A DNA stretch of 64,000 nucleotides from Eledone cirrhosa (GCA_964016885.1 OZ024741.1:152210001-152274000); one strand, 5' to 3'; counted from the first letter of the stretch, positions 11,990 through 26,202 are shown. The notes: generated from the sequence alone by a model not told the origin. A program made the numbers and translations.

Positions 11990-13185
11990 AAAAAGTATGA
12001 CCCCGACAGCAGAGCTCAAGCCGTTTCGACGGCTATTTCTGGACTAAATTAGAATTTTTGGCCTGGTGAATAAATAGCCGAACTTGTCAAGGAGGTACTT
12101 CCTTATATGGGAATATTGTAGTTGTCAAGAGGATTGGTTAAAATTTGTTGTAAACACAAATAGGTCTATCATGGCATTTGGTGGGAGGTAGGGGTGGCTG
12201 AACTTGCCTGTAGAACAATAGGGGAGTGAGTGGAGCGGTCAAGCGTTGAAAGTGATATGTATACAGCAGATTCTAAGGATAGTGTATGAAGTGGAGGAGG
12301 GAGGTTATAGAATAGGTAAATCGAATGAGAGTAGGAGACAATAAAAGATAATAGAAAGAAATAAAAAAATATATAAAATTAGATAGTGAGAAATGAATTT
12401 TAAAAACTCACGATGCTATCTTACAATTACAGGTTAATAATTTGAGAATAGAAAAAACTTGTAAAAATTGAGTAGTAACAAAACTGATACAAAATTAAAG
12501 GGGTTTAACACATCTGCTATAAGTAGTTAGTAAAACGTATTCGGCCAATTCTATCTTAAAATTACAGGGGTGGGGGAACTGATGCTACAGAGGCCCGATG
12601 GGCTGCATAGGGGTAGGCGAAAGGGGAAAGCAGACGAGGAAGAAAATAGGGGGTGGAAGGAAGTGATAGGATGAGACAGGGGGAAGAAGACAAAGAGAAA
12701 AAGAAAAGAGATACATCTACCTATATAAGCTGGGGTTTCCCCTAACTTATTCGGCAAGTGGGGGAGGGGTATCAACCCTTGTCTACCCACCCGGGTCGTT
12801 ATGGGGTTTGAGGGCGAGGTAAGTCCTACGCAATCTGTGTTTGCATGCGGTTACCAGTTCGTCTTTCTTGTTTAGGAGTGGTCCTTCGAAAACAGCATTT
12901 GTAATGTTTCCTCCGAGCATAAGTTACACGGATGGTGTCCTCCCGTGTAAGAGTTAGCTCTGGACAGTAAGCTCCAAGTGAGATTGTAGGTTATATTATT
13001 ATCTTGGAGGTCCCAGATGTGGCCCGAAAGTGTAGTGGCATGTCGCCGGGCCGGGTTTTGAGGAAGTCCCTTGATAAGCTCGACGCCTGATGGATAATGT
13101 GCATGTGCAGCAATCTTGCACATTTCCATACAGGACAAGCGAAAGTGCCAGCTGCAAGGGCTAGAGGACTATCGGTAAACATGTA
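11748..13185 (-). mobile_element. Penelope-like (Naiad-type) 3' fragment with pseudo-LTR and inverted partial pLTR
   Basis: GIY-YIG C-terminal relic HATTLSGHIWDLQD...WSLLSRA...PCNLCSEE at 12872-13138. Hammerhead-like motif at 12000-12096. Local fold-back at 11825-11940. Confidence 0.75.
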
Positions 13186-14081
13186 TCTATTATTTCTTCA
13201 AGCTTACATTTTAAACTTAGCTCTGTTTAATTGATTGTTTATTTAGTTAATTTCTCCGGTCTAAGAAGAAAGATTAGGTATTATTTTATCTGTATGTTCT
13301 TCAGAAAGAACACGTGACCCCACTTCCAAAATAACTGCTACAGTCCTTGGCCGTGAAGTTAATAAGCCGCACACGGTGGATAACGGAACGAAATGTCAGT
13401 TGAGAAAGGGATATCTTCGTTCCATCTTAGGGTATATTACTGACTTGCATGTTACGCAACTTGGAGTGTAGCTTTCGAATTCCCAGAAACCAATCGAAGA
13501 TATTTATATAATATCTATCGATCAGGTCCAGGTTCGTCTTTAACCTGTTTGTATTTTCGTTGTTGTAGTAGCATGGTGGCAACATGTCTACGGTCGTAAT
13601 TTTCACCTAACGTATTGCTATTACTCTGAGCTATAATTTATCGATATTACCTCATTGAGTGCTTCGTGACAGCCTCAGAAAATTGATTTCGAAACTGCTA
13701 ATCGCAGCTATAAAGGTATTTGACTCGAATTTCTAAACTATTATTTATTGCAATCGACTGAGGTTACAGTTATTTTCCGCGTTTCGGATTTCTATATTTT
13801 CTATGAATATAATTCGTCCGCCTGATTGGATATTTATTACGAAATTCAACTACACTATATATGTGTGTTGGTGGCAGGCGGGGGGGGGGGGGGCAGCATA
13901 TTATTTGAAGGCTACGACATGGGGAAATGGGCGGTAGATTTCGAAATAAATTGAAAGTAACAGTTGCCTTCAATTTATTCTGATATCTACAATCCATATT
14001 GTCATAGCATTCAAATAACATACTGCTTCGCATACACTAACATAATGCCCCCAGCCAACTTCAACACCCTCTCATATACAT

Positions 14082-14203
<122 letters not shown>

Positions 14204-14219
14204 TGGGGAGTGATTCAAT

Positions 14220-14790
14220 GATTTACTGCATTTTATGCACAGGCGGAGTGAATATATTACGAAAAAGCGATGAAGTTCATTTTTATATTTTTCTTGATTA
14301 TCGACCTGTTACGTACGTTTCTCAGATAATCGGCTCAAGGTTCCCTATGGATGCTATGAACCCGCCTCCAGTATCGATCTGTTTGTCAAACTTGCTGATT
14401 CAACAAAAAACAGAGTTTGATTGAGATGATTGATAAAGTATCGGGCATATATACTCTTACATATATAATCTCACAAAAGACCACATATATATATACACAC
14501 TTGTATACACAAGCACGCACAGAAATTAATATACGTACACACTCAAACATTTACATATGCATACACCACACAAAAAAGGCGGAGATTATATGTACTCAAC
14601 CTTTTACCAATCCCCTCAAACATACTCTGTTTTTTGTTTGTTACTTTTGTTGAATCATCAAGTCTGACAAACATCGGTGCTGGAGTAAGGTTCAAACACC
14701 CCTAGGGGATCTTGAGCTAATCATCTGTGAAACGTACGTACCAGGTCGACAATCAATAAAAACGTGTAAACGAAAATTCAGCGCTTTTTC
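14220..14790. mobile_element. MITE-like element with long imperfect terminal inverted repeats
   Basis: 14235-14415 is the imperfect reverse complement of ~14575-14790. Confidence 0.55.
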
Positions 14791-14799
14791 TTTATATAA

Positions 14800-14833
<34 letters not shown>

Positions 14834-15614
14834 GTATATATATATAAAGACGAAGTTTTCTGTATGTGTGTGTATATGTGTGTGGACAATTTTTAATGAG
14901 GGCTCATATATTCTAAACCATTCATGCGATTTCTTTGAACATTTTTACAGAGTTTCTCCTTGCACAAAACCTGTACATGATCTACAAAGGCTTTCAAAAA
15001 TCGATATTGGGGCCTTTGGAGACATTAAAAAAGTTTCGGTTATTTGTGTGAATGTTCGTGATTAAGTAAGACAAGAGTTATCTTTAAATAAGACAAGAGT
15101 TATCTTTCGTAATTCGGCTCATTCAGATTTTAATTTACTCTTTATACTTGAAACAAAAGGTACGCTTCCTTGAGACTAACAATATCATTTTGTATATTTC
15201 ACAACCAGCAATTTCTAACAGATTACTAAGTTAAGTTATAGATTTGACATTGTATAATTTATCGTTTCAAGCTTGATATTCATACATTAAGTGATGTCAT
15301 AACTTTTACAATATTATGCTTTGTACATAATAGTATCTATTATTCACTTCACTTCTCTATCTCATGGTGCGCTTTTACTGTTGTCAAAAATATTTCTACC
15401 TAGACTGGATTTCTGTTGTTACATGGTATAACGGATGACACCGAGCTCACATATTAATTATTTCGCTGGAATAGTGCCTAAGGTTTTCATATTTACATAA
15501 AGTACGTTTTTCTTCTATGTATTCAAATTTACTTCTTTGTTTAGTTTAATGAGCTACATCGAAAGCTACTTAAACCGTTCAAATGACGGGTAGTTTAGCT
15601 AGTATATATATATA

Positions 15615-15955
<341 letters not shown>

Positions 15956-16050
15956 TTATAAGTCAATAGAGTGCTCATTGGCTCCCTCGGTTGAGCACTC
16001 TATTGATATGTAATCATCATGCAGAAACAACACCCGAATATTTCTACAAA

Positions 16051-16137
<87 letters not shown>

Positions 16138-16199
16138 GTATGTATACGTATATATGCATGTATATATGTATATATGTATGTATGTGTGTATGTATGTAT

Positions 16200-16548
16200 G
16201 TTGATTTTGCCATCCAAATAGTACTAACCCCCTCCAGCTGGGAGTGAAAGGCCCTAATTGTTGTTACAACACCTTTCTAGGAGAGGTAAACTCTGAAAAA
16301 AAAACTTGCAGCTTCGGAAGCATCCGATTATGTTGATCAGTTCTCCTTTTCAGGTAGTGTTTTCGATGCTCAGAGAGTGGGATTGGTCGAGTGCAAGGCC
16401 TTTCCCCACTTAAAAAAACCTTCGAAGCACAGGCATTGCTTGTTCAGGATACGTTAGAAGTTCGTGTGGCTGGCCGTAGCCTAAAAGTACACCAAACTCT
16501 ATAATCTGACAAGCGATTGCAATACTCTTAGCAAAGTTTGCAGCCATC

Positions 16549-16581
<33 letters not shown>

Positions 16582-16820
16582 TGTATGTTTTTTTTTGTTT
16601 TTTTTAAAGCTTCATGGCACAGGCATTGCTATATATCTGGAGATCTCTCTGCACTTGTCGTCACATGGTACCATGGGCCCAGCACTATGTGTCAATAATT
16701 GTCACAAGTGTAGTGTTTGTACCAGAGTTTTCAAGTCGCTGGTTCAGCGCATCGGTAGGGGTTCTCCTACATGGATATAAAGTAGTGGCCATACTCGAAA
16801 ACCAGTTGGCAGCCACCATG
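16200..16820 (+). mobile_element. Fragments of the bipartite RTE-derived non-autonomous element with (ATGT)n tail
   Basis: 16612-16820 matches the reverse complement of 35405-35630. It is followed by a long (TATG)n array. Confidence 0.7.
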
Positions 16821-17765
16821 TATGTATGTACGTATGTATGCTTGTATGTATGTATGTATGTACGTATGTACGTATGCACGTATGCATGTATGTATGTGTG
16901 TATGTATGTATGTATGTATGTATGTATGTATATATGTATGTATGTATGTATGTATATACGTACGTATGTGTGTATGTATGTATGTATGTATGTATGTATG
17001 TATGTATGTATGTATGTATGTATGTATGAATGTATGTATGTATGTATGTATGTATGTGTATGAAATACTAACAAAGAGATCGTATAGAGAGAAAATAAAC
17101 ATTTTCCAGTACATGTGTCAATTTTTCGATGTTCGTGTTAGTTGTTCTTCACTTCCTTTCGTGTTCTTCCTTTTAGCTACAAGCAACGAACATTTGATAT
17201 GACGAAAGTGAACAGACATTTTCCTTATGAGAAATAGAATGAAGGGAAATAATATGTAATAAAAACGGGAAGAAATTCAGGTTTATATGTTTCGTTTATT
17301 TATTTATTTTCGTTTTAAATAAACGGAAAAAGAATATTATAAATTTATACATACATAATTGTTTCTACTTTAGGCACAAGGCCAGCAAATTGAAGCGAAG
17401 GGAAAAGTCGATTAAATCGACCCCAATGCATTACCGGTACTTTATTTTATCGACCTCGTAAGGATGAAAGGCAAAGATAACCTCGGCGGGATTTCAATTC
17501 GGACCGTAAAAAGCCGTAATTAATTCTATGCTGCAAAGCATGGTATCTAGCGCTCCACCGGTACCGCCAATACATAATAACATAATCTTTAGTCTCAGTA
17601 CTGGGTGAGTAAATGTCACAGATGACGGGTAAAATACCAAAAACACTTATCTGGCATTCCCACCTCTGAGATAGGTGCGACATGAATACAGAACACACTC
17701 ATAGCATTGATGTTTCGCCTGCTTGCTCACAGTGTCATCAGACAAGAACTCTGTGTATGTGTGTG

Positions 17766-17859
<94 letters not shown>

Positions 17860-20800
17860 CTAGCAGTTTAGCCCGGCGTTGCTCGGGTTTGTACATTTGC
17901 TATGAAAAGTTAGATACAGGTAAACATAGCTTGAAAGCGAATAAGCTTATCAATTAAGTGCATAAAGCAGTTGAACCGGTTATTAAAAGTTACGAACCAA
18001 TTAGCATTTTGGACAATCAATGATGGGTTAATAATCTTCCAATAGCGAATTTAGTAGACCAAAGTTGCAAGATGGTGTCCCTGATGCCGCTGGGTATCAG
18101 ATCTGTCCGCTATGGGTGACCCTACCAGTTTTCCAGACTGCATAGCTCCAACACCTCCAACACCTGCACCAACATCTATAGCACCTCTTTGTAGACGATA
18201 TTGCGTGTCATCCCTTGAGGAGTGTAAGCAAAAAGTCCATTCCTGCTCCCTACGCGGGAACAGGCAACATAAAGTTGGCCATGGGAGAAGCATGGCTCCC
18301 CCAAATGGATGCCCGCCACCGACAATGTTTGCCCTTGTGATTTGTTAATGGACATGGCAAAACATGGTCTCACCGGAAATTGGGATCGCCGGAAATCGAA
18401 CAGGATATCTGACGCCGAGGGGAAAAGGTTCATCCTTGGAATGAAAACATTCTCCCCTCTCCCGCACCCCGTTACAATGGTGGCCTCAATCAAGTGGGGC
18501 TTCAGTGACTTGACGACCATGCGAGTACCGTTGCACTGCTTTGGTGGACGCAAGTTCCTTATTAGCATAATGGGACAGCCAACCCTAAGCTTAAGAATGT
18601 GAGGTGGGAGCCCTGGGGGCTCAAGGGAATTTAATAACTCAACCGGATAATTAACGATATCGTCGGGGTCTGACGTCCGGTCGATAGATTTGAAGATGTG
18701 TTCTTTACCGGGAATTTTCTCAATCAGCTGCTCGTTAATAAAATTAACCATGGTATTTTTCGGAGCAAGGATGACTCTTTCGCTGAGCCAATCGAGGTTT
18801 TTAAAGTTAGATGAGACATTAGGAAAAACTGTTTCCCAAAGGTCAGAAGGGCTGCTCACAATGTTGCACAGGGAGACGATTGCTATGCCGCTCTTGTCAT
18901 CAGCAGGGACCTTGCCCTCACCAAGTGCTAAAATATTCTGAGCAAATGCTGCAGACATGTTGTCACCATGCAAATGAGCATGCATATTTGTGCTCAGGTA
19001 CAAACTCTTCACCTGGAGCCACAACATGGACGGCTTAAGACAGGCACGCACTTCATCAGCTCTTGTCCCTTTGGGGATGACAAGCAGCGTTTGCTGAAAA
19101 TCCCCTGATAGCAGAAGGGTTACGCCACCCATAGGAGCCGTAGAATCCCTAATGTCTTTCAGGGTCCTGTCCAATGCCTCAAGGGCACCCTTGTGTGCCA
19201 TTGTGCACTCATCCCAAACAATGAGGCAACATTTTTTGAGAACCAGAGCTTCGTGTGAACTCTTGCTGATATTGCATGTTGGTGTCTCAGTTTTTACTAA
19301 ATCCAAGGGGAGTTTAAAGGTTGAATGTGCTGTCCTGCCTCCCGGCAGCAAAGTAGCAGCGATCCCGGACGATGCAACGGCCAACGCAATGTTTGTCTCC
19401 TGAATAATCTTAGCGAGAATCAATTTCGTTACATAAGTTTTTCCGGTACCCCAGGAGCATCGAGAAAGTAAATACCCCCAGTCTGATTTTGAACCGCGTC
19501 AATCATAGTTAAATTGGCCAACCTTTGGTCCGACAGAAGTTTGGGCTCATTTTCCTCTAAGTATTGGGAAAGAGATTCGATGTCATATTCTGTTTCCCGC
19601 AACAAATCCGGGGCCAACGTGTTAGCTTCCTCTCTCACGGTTGACAGCAAGCCATACGTCGCCAACTCACTCCCACCCATGACAAGGAGGGCGTCCTCGA
19701 TATCAATGAGTGCCCTATTGTAGATAATGTCGCTGCAACCAACTTCCACTGAAGTATACTGCAGATGAGCCAGGCGCCGGAAGTCCTCAGACATGAAGTT
19801 TCTGTACTTGACACATAAAGATTTGGGATCACCCAATTCACACTTTTGAAGCAAAATAGCAAAGAGTTCCCGTAGACCTTTAGGTGATTTCAACAAAGCA
19901 CCCTCTGCTAAAGTGGAATCCCATTGCGAATCATCTTCCAAAAGACCACGCTTAAAGCAGGCTTCCCGGTACGTATCACATATTTCGTCATCAACAGTTT
20001 TGAGGTCCTGAAAACTCTGTGGGCCTACAACTTCATGCAGAAGAAGGCGGAGATGAAAGCACTCATGCTGACTTGGGGGCACAGTGTAAACCCTTCCAAG
20101 ACAGCTGTCAAATTTTACACCAGGATGTCTTTCAGCAGCCTGACCTGACTTTCTTCGCACCCAAGTGTTTTTCGACCATATAAAGTAGGATGGAACCTGG
20201 GAGTACACAACTGTTTGCGCAAATGTATCGAACTGGCAAAGTTTGAAGAAACCCGTCAGAGTGGTCTCTTTCGGATCGGCGGCCAACTTGGCGGCGGTTT
20301 GGTCCGTAAAGTAAACCCTTTGCCCATTTTCCAAATGTACCGCAAGCTGTACGATGGCGGGGTGACTTTGGTGTAGGTGTAAACCAAATAGGCACCAAAA
20401 AGTTTCATTGCTACTGATGTACCGCCCCGCCAGGTATTCTGTGACCTCGTCCCTGCTATTTTCAGCTTGAAATGCGAACATTGCGGCATCAGAGCCCTTA
20501 TTTACATATTTGCATGTGTATTTTATCGACTTGTCGGAGTTGCAAAACTCAACGTTGATGTGGGCGTTGAACATCTTCAAGAGAAGCGGGCAGTAAGGGA
20601 CCACCCATCTATTGTCGACTTGACCTCCCCTTACTGTTGTGGTGAAGTCACCGTTCTCGAGCCCTCTCCGCCTGCACAGAGGGTACCCGTCGCCACCAGT
20701 CTGAGTCTGGCCAACAAATTTTTGGGGGTATCCCTTACTGCACGACCCCCCCCCCTTTCAGACACGCGTAATGAACATTAGGACCCGACGCACACGGACC

Positions 20801-21912
20801 ATGAATCATGTTACATTTGACGATGTCATGTAATTCCTGGTCAATTTCTGGGTTAGGGATTTCAGTCGAAATGAAGCTGTCTATGGCATTTGAATTGATT
20901 TTATCAGCTAACCAATCAAAATGTGAGAATGTGGCAGCCCTCGTTTTTGCCATTCGACTGTGAACATGTCACATTTTACAGCCCCAAATACCTGACCCTT
21001 TTTGATTAAAGCCATGAGTTTAGCCAGTTTCAGTCTGAACACTCTGGCAATGAGGTCATGTCTGTTCGAATAATTTTGCCCAGGAAAAAGTTCACGGGTT
21101 ACATTCCGATTCATATGTCTATAGCATTAATCTGTTATTTTGCGGGTTGTTATTTGCAATAAGCCGATTGAAAATGCCCCAGATAAGCCGTATGTCAATA
21201 CGGAACGCTCAATATGGAATGCTCAATACGGAACGCTCCACTGCAGTGTTGTCATATAGGGAGTGAAGAGCGACAGAGAGAGTAATCAGTTAAATTATAG
21301 AGAGGGGGAATATACGGAACGCTCCATTTGATCATATACATTGTTGCTGTCTCTCTGCAGTGTTGTCATATAGGGAGTGAAGAGCGACAGAGAGAGTAAA
21401 GTAGTTAAATTATAGAGAGGGGGAATGATCATGATCGATGTTTGCCCTTATTGTTGATTGATTTGAAATTTTTTGCTTCATGACCTTCGCCTGACCAAAA
21501 GCAATAATTGTCCCGACTTTGAATATAATCCCGTGAAAAAAGTTCTCATTAATTTTTTGTCTCATATTGAGAAAAATAAAGAAAGAAAATTACAAAAAGG
21601 ACAACAATAAAATATAATGTCTTTGTTGAGAATCATGTAAATAAATGCTTAAGCGTCGTTATTGTTACGTTTGTTGTTTTATAAATTCATCTGTTGCTTT
21701 TGAATATTTGTTATTTGATGTAAAATGTAAGTGTGTAAAATGTAACGTTGAGAGAGCAGTATGTATTTAGTGTTATCGGCTTTTTAAATGTTGATATTTG
21801 ATGTATGAGTGTCGTTATGACTGTTTGTTGTTGTATAAAATGATGTGTTGCTTAGTTATCAAAGTTTTTTTCGCGTTCCCGAACGAATAGGGGGAATGAT
21901 CTATTATATAGA
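17860..21912 (-). mobile_element. Helitron, internally deleted and frameshifted RepHel
   Basis: 3' hairpin plus CTAG at 17860, 5' TC-like end near 21912, and RepHel coding fragments. Confidence 0.93.
18176..21114 (-). pseudogene. Helitron Rep/Pif1 helicase (RepHel), N-terminally truncated with several frameshifts
   Basis: Rep motif VEWQKRGLPHSHIL; KYTCKYVNKG; Walker A relic FLDAPG(GTGK); SGIAATLLPGGRTAHSTFKLP; WDECTM; GDFQQ; FAMSINKSQGQT; FSHGQLYVACSRV. Confidence 0.95.
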
Positions 21913-21959
21913 GAGAGAAGAGCGACGGATAGAGTGAAGCTAGTGTTAAACCTCGAAAG

Positions 21960-22940
21960 GCCAATCTCTCGGTCGTTAATTACCTCGACGTTACCCTCAA
22001 TTTATTGAATGGGTTGTATTACCCGTATAGAAAGCCGAATGATACGCTTAATTACATAAGTAAGCATTCCAACCATCCTGCCAGCATAACCAAGAACCTG
22101 GTAAGAAACGTTTCGTTGAGGCTTTCCCGTCTTTCCACCAACGAGCATATTTTCAACGACCATTCCACTTATTACAATGAAGCTCTTGCTCGAAGTGGAT
22201 TTGTCGATAAGGTAGCATATACAGAGTACGAAAATAGACCTAGAAGAAATAGATACCGTCGCATTTGTTGGTATAACCCACTATATAATATGGAGGTGGC
22301 CACACCTTTAGCTAAGATCTTTCTTTCCCTTATTACGAAGCATTTTCCTGCTACACATAAATATAGTAAAATTTTTAATAGAAATACTATTAAAATTTCT
22401 TACTCTACGACTCCTAACCTTGCACATAACATCACAGCTTCAAATTTAGCTAAACTACCTAGCCGTAGGAACACGTGCAACCCAGTAGTTAGTACTAACT
22501 GTAATTGTAGGAATCGGGCTGATTGCCCCCTATCCGGGAAATGCCTTTCTAGTAACATTGTCTACAAATGTAAGGTTGTAACACCCACGTCCCGTAGGGC
22601 TTACATAGGGTTAACCGCCAATAGTTTCAAGCAGCGTCTTTACATTCATACCCATTCTTTTCGTTACCCTCTAAGAAGGAATATGACGTCACTTTCAGCT
22701 TATATCTGGAGTCTAAAAGACAACCACACCCAATATAAGTTACACTGGGAGATCCTAGCTAGGGCTAGATCGTATAACGGAAATAAAAGACCATGTGACC
22801 TCTGCGCCGCTGAGGCCCTGGAAATACTCCACGCCACAGACCACATCTTAAACAAAAAATCTGAGGCAATTTCGGCTTGTAAACATAAATTGCGCAAAAC
22901 TTTCCTGTATTACAGCCCCACGTTATACCCTAACGGATAG
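21960..22940 (+). CDS. PLE RT C-terminus, CxCx5Cx5C linker and GIY-YIG endonuclease (5'-truncated, uninterrupted)
   Basis: VVNYLDVTL, YPYRKPN...SNHP, WYNP, IFNRNTIKISYS, CNCRNRADCPLSGKC, IVYKC...YIGLT...FKQR, CDLC...LNKKSE...CKH. Confidence 0.9.
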   Translation, partial: ANLSVVNYLDVTLNLLNGLYYPYRKPNDTLNYISKHSNHPASITKNLVRNVSLRLSRLSTNEHIFNDHSTYYNEALARSGFVDKVAYTEYENRPRRNRYRRICWYNPLYNMEVATPLAKIFLSLITKHFPATHKYSKIFNRNTIKISYSTTPNLAHNITASNLAKLPSRRNTCNPVVSTNCNCRNRADCPLSGKCLSSNIVYKCKVVTPTSRRAYIGLTANSFKQRLYIHTHSFRYPLRRNMTSLSAYIWSLKDNHTQYKLHWEILARARSYNGNKRPCDLCAAEALEILHATDHILNKKSEAISACKHKLRKTFLYYSPTLYPNG

Positions 22941-24023
22941 TACGATCTATACGTGGATATTTTGCGTCTTGATGTGGGAGCTAAGTATATGTTTTGTTTA
23001 TTCCTTTACTTATTTGCATAGGTAAGTATATATTACCCGTATGTTTTGTGAAGGTACGTATACCTTCTCGTACGTATATTTGATTGTTATGGCGTATAAT
23101 TTTATATATTCTGGTACATATGGTTTGGCTATATGTATACGGGAGTTTTGCGTCTGTGTGAGTATGCAGGTTCGTACGTATGGTGGGTGTGTGTATATGC
23201 GTACTTCATGTTTTAGTTGACTTACGTCTCCGAACATTCGTGTATTTATATGTAGGTATGTGTGTGCGCTTGTTATAGACGTATTTATTTATATACGTTT
23301 ATATAATTATTTATTTATTTATTTGTATACACGCATACACACACACATATTTATATGTGCGTGGTTTTGTATACCTATGGTAAGTTTTTGCGTATGCTTG
23401 TGTATGTACGTATTTGTTTGCGTGTATGTATTTATTTATTTCTATTACTTCTGTATTGTATTTATTTACTTTGTTCTTAACTCTGTAGCGGAGATTCATT
23501 TGGTCTCCTAGTTAGAATTTTAGTCTACGACTTCTGCTATACCATTTACGTGGTTGTGTCTTTGCGTGCTATTGTTCTCCACGCTCCACATATGACGTAT
23601 TATCTTCGTTTTTTCGTTCATTGCCAGAGAACGTCTCTATGCACCACCTAAGAGAACATTAGTCTATGACCTCTTTTATACCATTAACGTGGTTCTGTCT
23701 TTGCGCGTAATTGTTTTTCACCGCTCCTATTATTGACGTATTATTCGTTCTTTCCCGTTCTTTGCCAGCGAACGTTTCCACGAACCAAAGTATCGTCTTC
23801 CTGTCTTCCTCCGGTTGCAACGTTTTTTTAAATATCCAGTTCTGCGTTTACAGATTGACTTTGTTAGTTTCAGAAGATCCCGTTAGGGGTGAAAGCAGCG
23901 ATTCTTTGCTTAAACTTTAATCTGTTATTTTAATAAATATTTGCTCTACGGTTCTTATATATTTGATATATATTTATCCTTATCGAGCCCTCTTTGGATT
24001 TTAGTCTTCAAATTTATTATTAT

Positions 24024-24025
<2 letters not shown>
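21960..24025 (+). mobile_element. 5'-truncated Penelope-like retroelement (Naiad-like) with 3' UTR/pLTR and hammerhead
   Basis: RT thumb and GIY-YIG coding region, followed by a pLTR with a hammerhead-like motif at 23866-23916, ending in (ATT)n/(TA)n. Confidence 0.88.
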
Positions 24026-24080
<55 letters not shown>

Positions 24081-24562
24081 GTAATAATAATAAAATTGAA
24101 GACTAAAATCCAAGTAGCAGTATTTATCGGAATATGTCTCACCATATTTTGAAAAACAAATGTTTGGATAAGAGTTAATGTGCAGGTATACTTATACATG
24201 GCTTTTGTAAACATACATATATTTATCATATTGGTATGTTGAGTGTTTAAGATACAAGCAGGTTTCCACATCGATATTTTGAGGTTACAATGGCCCTATT
24301 ATTCACTCCACCCAACAAAAAACGGAAATGTGTAAATCTTTAATTAATATATATATAAATGAAGTAATTCCGTCGGAAAGGTACAGGAAAAAGAGTGCTC
24401 TATGTAGGTTACAGAGCTTATTAGTTATGTAATAAACAACATAAGATAATTATTTCATTTACCAGTGGTTTCTTGAAAGCAGATATATGAAATTTGTAGA
24501 CAAAACACAAATTTCTACAAATTTCATACTTGATGGCCCAATATATATATATCTATATATAT

Positions 24563-24594
24563 CTATACCTATATATATATAAAACTGTAGTTGT

Positions 24595-24669
<75 letters not shown>

Positions 24670-25806
24670 TTGTTTGTGTGTCCTCATTTTTGAAAAGTCT
24701 ATACAAATCCACATTTCTACTCCGATTGTCTTCAAACTTGCATTTATATATTCCTTGCGGTCTAAAGATATTAACTGCAGCTTTTATTTTTCAATTTTCT
24801 GTTGCTAAAGGGGTGTTAGGCACCGGTTATCCATCGCCGTCGCGCACTTATAATATCTGTCTGTATGCCTGGCTGTCTGCATTACGACATTCTGACAAAC
24901 ATTGATGACGTATTATGTTCGCTATTTTCCGTTCATTGCCAGGGAACGTCTTCATGAACCAAAGTATCAACTTCCTGTTTTCCTTCGGTTGCAACGTGTT
25001 TCGAAATATTTACTTCTGCGTTCACAGATTGATTTTTTTTAGTTTCAGAAGATCCCGTTAAGTGTGAAAGCAGCGGTTCTTTGTTTAAACTTTAATCCGT
25101 TATTTTAATATATAATATAAGCGAGGCAAGCCAGCCCAGTTGCACTTCTTGCCAATAAACATTAACCGTTTGTGCGCCATTCATCTAACTGCAGACCAAC
25201 AAATACCAACTAAACGGAGCATTGACAAGAACGATGGCAGATGAATCTTCGCAGTAAGTAGTTTCCTCCCGAGCTGTTATTTCACGCGGGATTCTCTGCT
25301 ACACCTTTTCGTAATAATACCGAACAACGTACTGCTGGTCACTCCTTCCTCCAAAAGTCGTACAAAGCGGATATGTGCTTCAGGCAGATGGATCGGGTGC
25401 AAATCTACACCAGGCCTACGCGAAATTCGCAAGGGACTGCACCGAGAGGGATAGAAAGAAAGAGTAACTTAGTGGAAAGAGTGCGAATGAACTTTTGAGG
25501 TAAGTAGACTACGCCTTACTACTAAGACACTGGAACCTTCTGCCAACTTAACCTGTGACTTTCTCTTACACTTTTTCTCCAAAAGGCCAAAACAGAGGAG
25601 TATGAAAAGAAGGGGCTCAACAATATTTCTATGAACAATCTACGTAGACAGCTAAACTGTACTTTCAACTTCTTAATTTTCTCCAAATAAAACAAGTTTC
25701 CTGTCGGTATATTTTCGTGAGTTTTTAACAGGCACTCACAAATAGACGTTTCTCATTGGAGGTGCTATTACCAATGTTCTTACCCGTGCAACGCTGGGAT
25801 ACACTG
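24563..25806 (+). mobile_element. Probable non-autonomous Helitron interrupted by a PLE pLTR fragment (24890-25110)
   Basis: The 5' end TCTATA..TATAAAACTGTAGTTGTGTG resembles the Helitron at 29753. A 3' hairpin CCCGTGCAACGCTGGG sits at ~25783 with CTAG decayed. The insert matches 23730-23935. Confidence 0.55.
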
Positions 25807-26152
25807 CCGTTTGAGCACTCGATGCTCTTACAGAGCAGAGTATAATATCACATAAGAAACGGAGAATCAGTGGTGCGACGAATAAGATTTATTAGACATA
25901 TTACAATCGATTCTATGAAACAGAGTTTTGAAACTGCTTCGTAGAATCGAGACATATCCGAGGATCTTGCGATATCAGAGTCAGGTTTGATCACTGCATC
26001 GATCGTGCCTCGAGCTGGTCGCCAGAGAAACGATTGTAATGTGTCTAATAAATCTTATTCGTCGCACCACTGATTCTCCGTTTCTTATGTAATATATATA
26101 TATATTACATAAGAAACGGAGAATCAGTGGTGCGACGAATAAGATTTATTAG

Positions 26153-26202
<50 letters not shown>

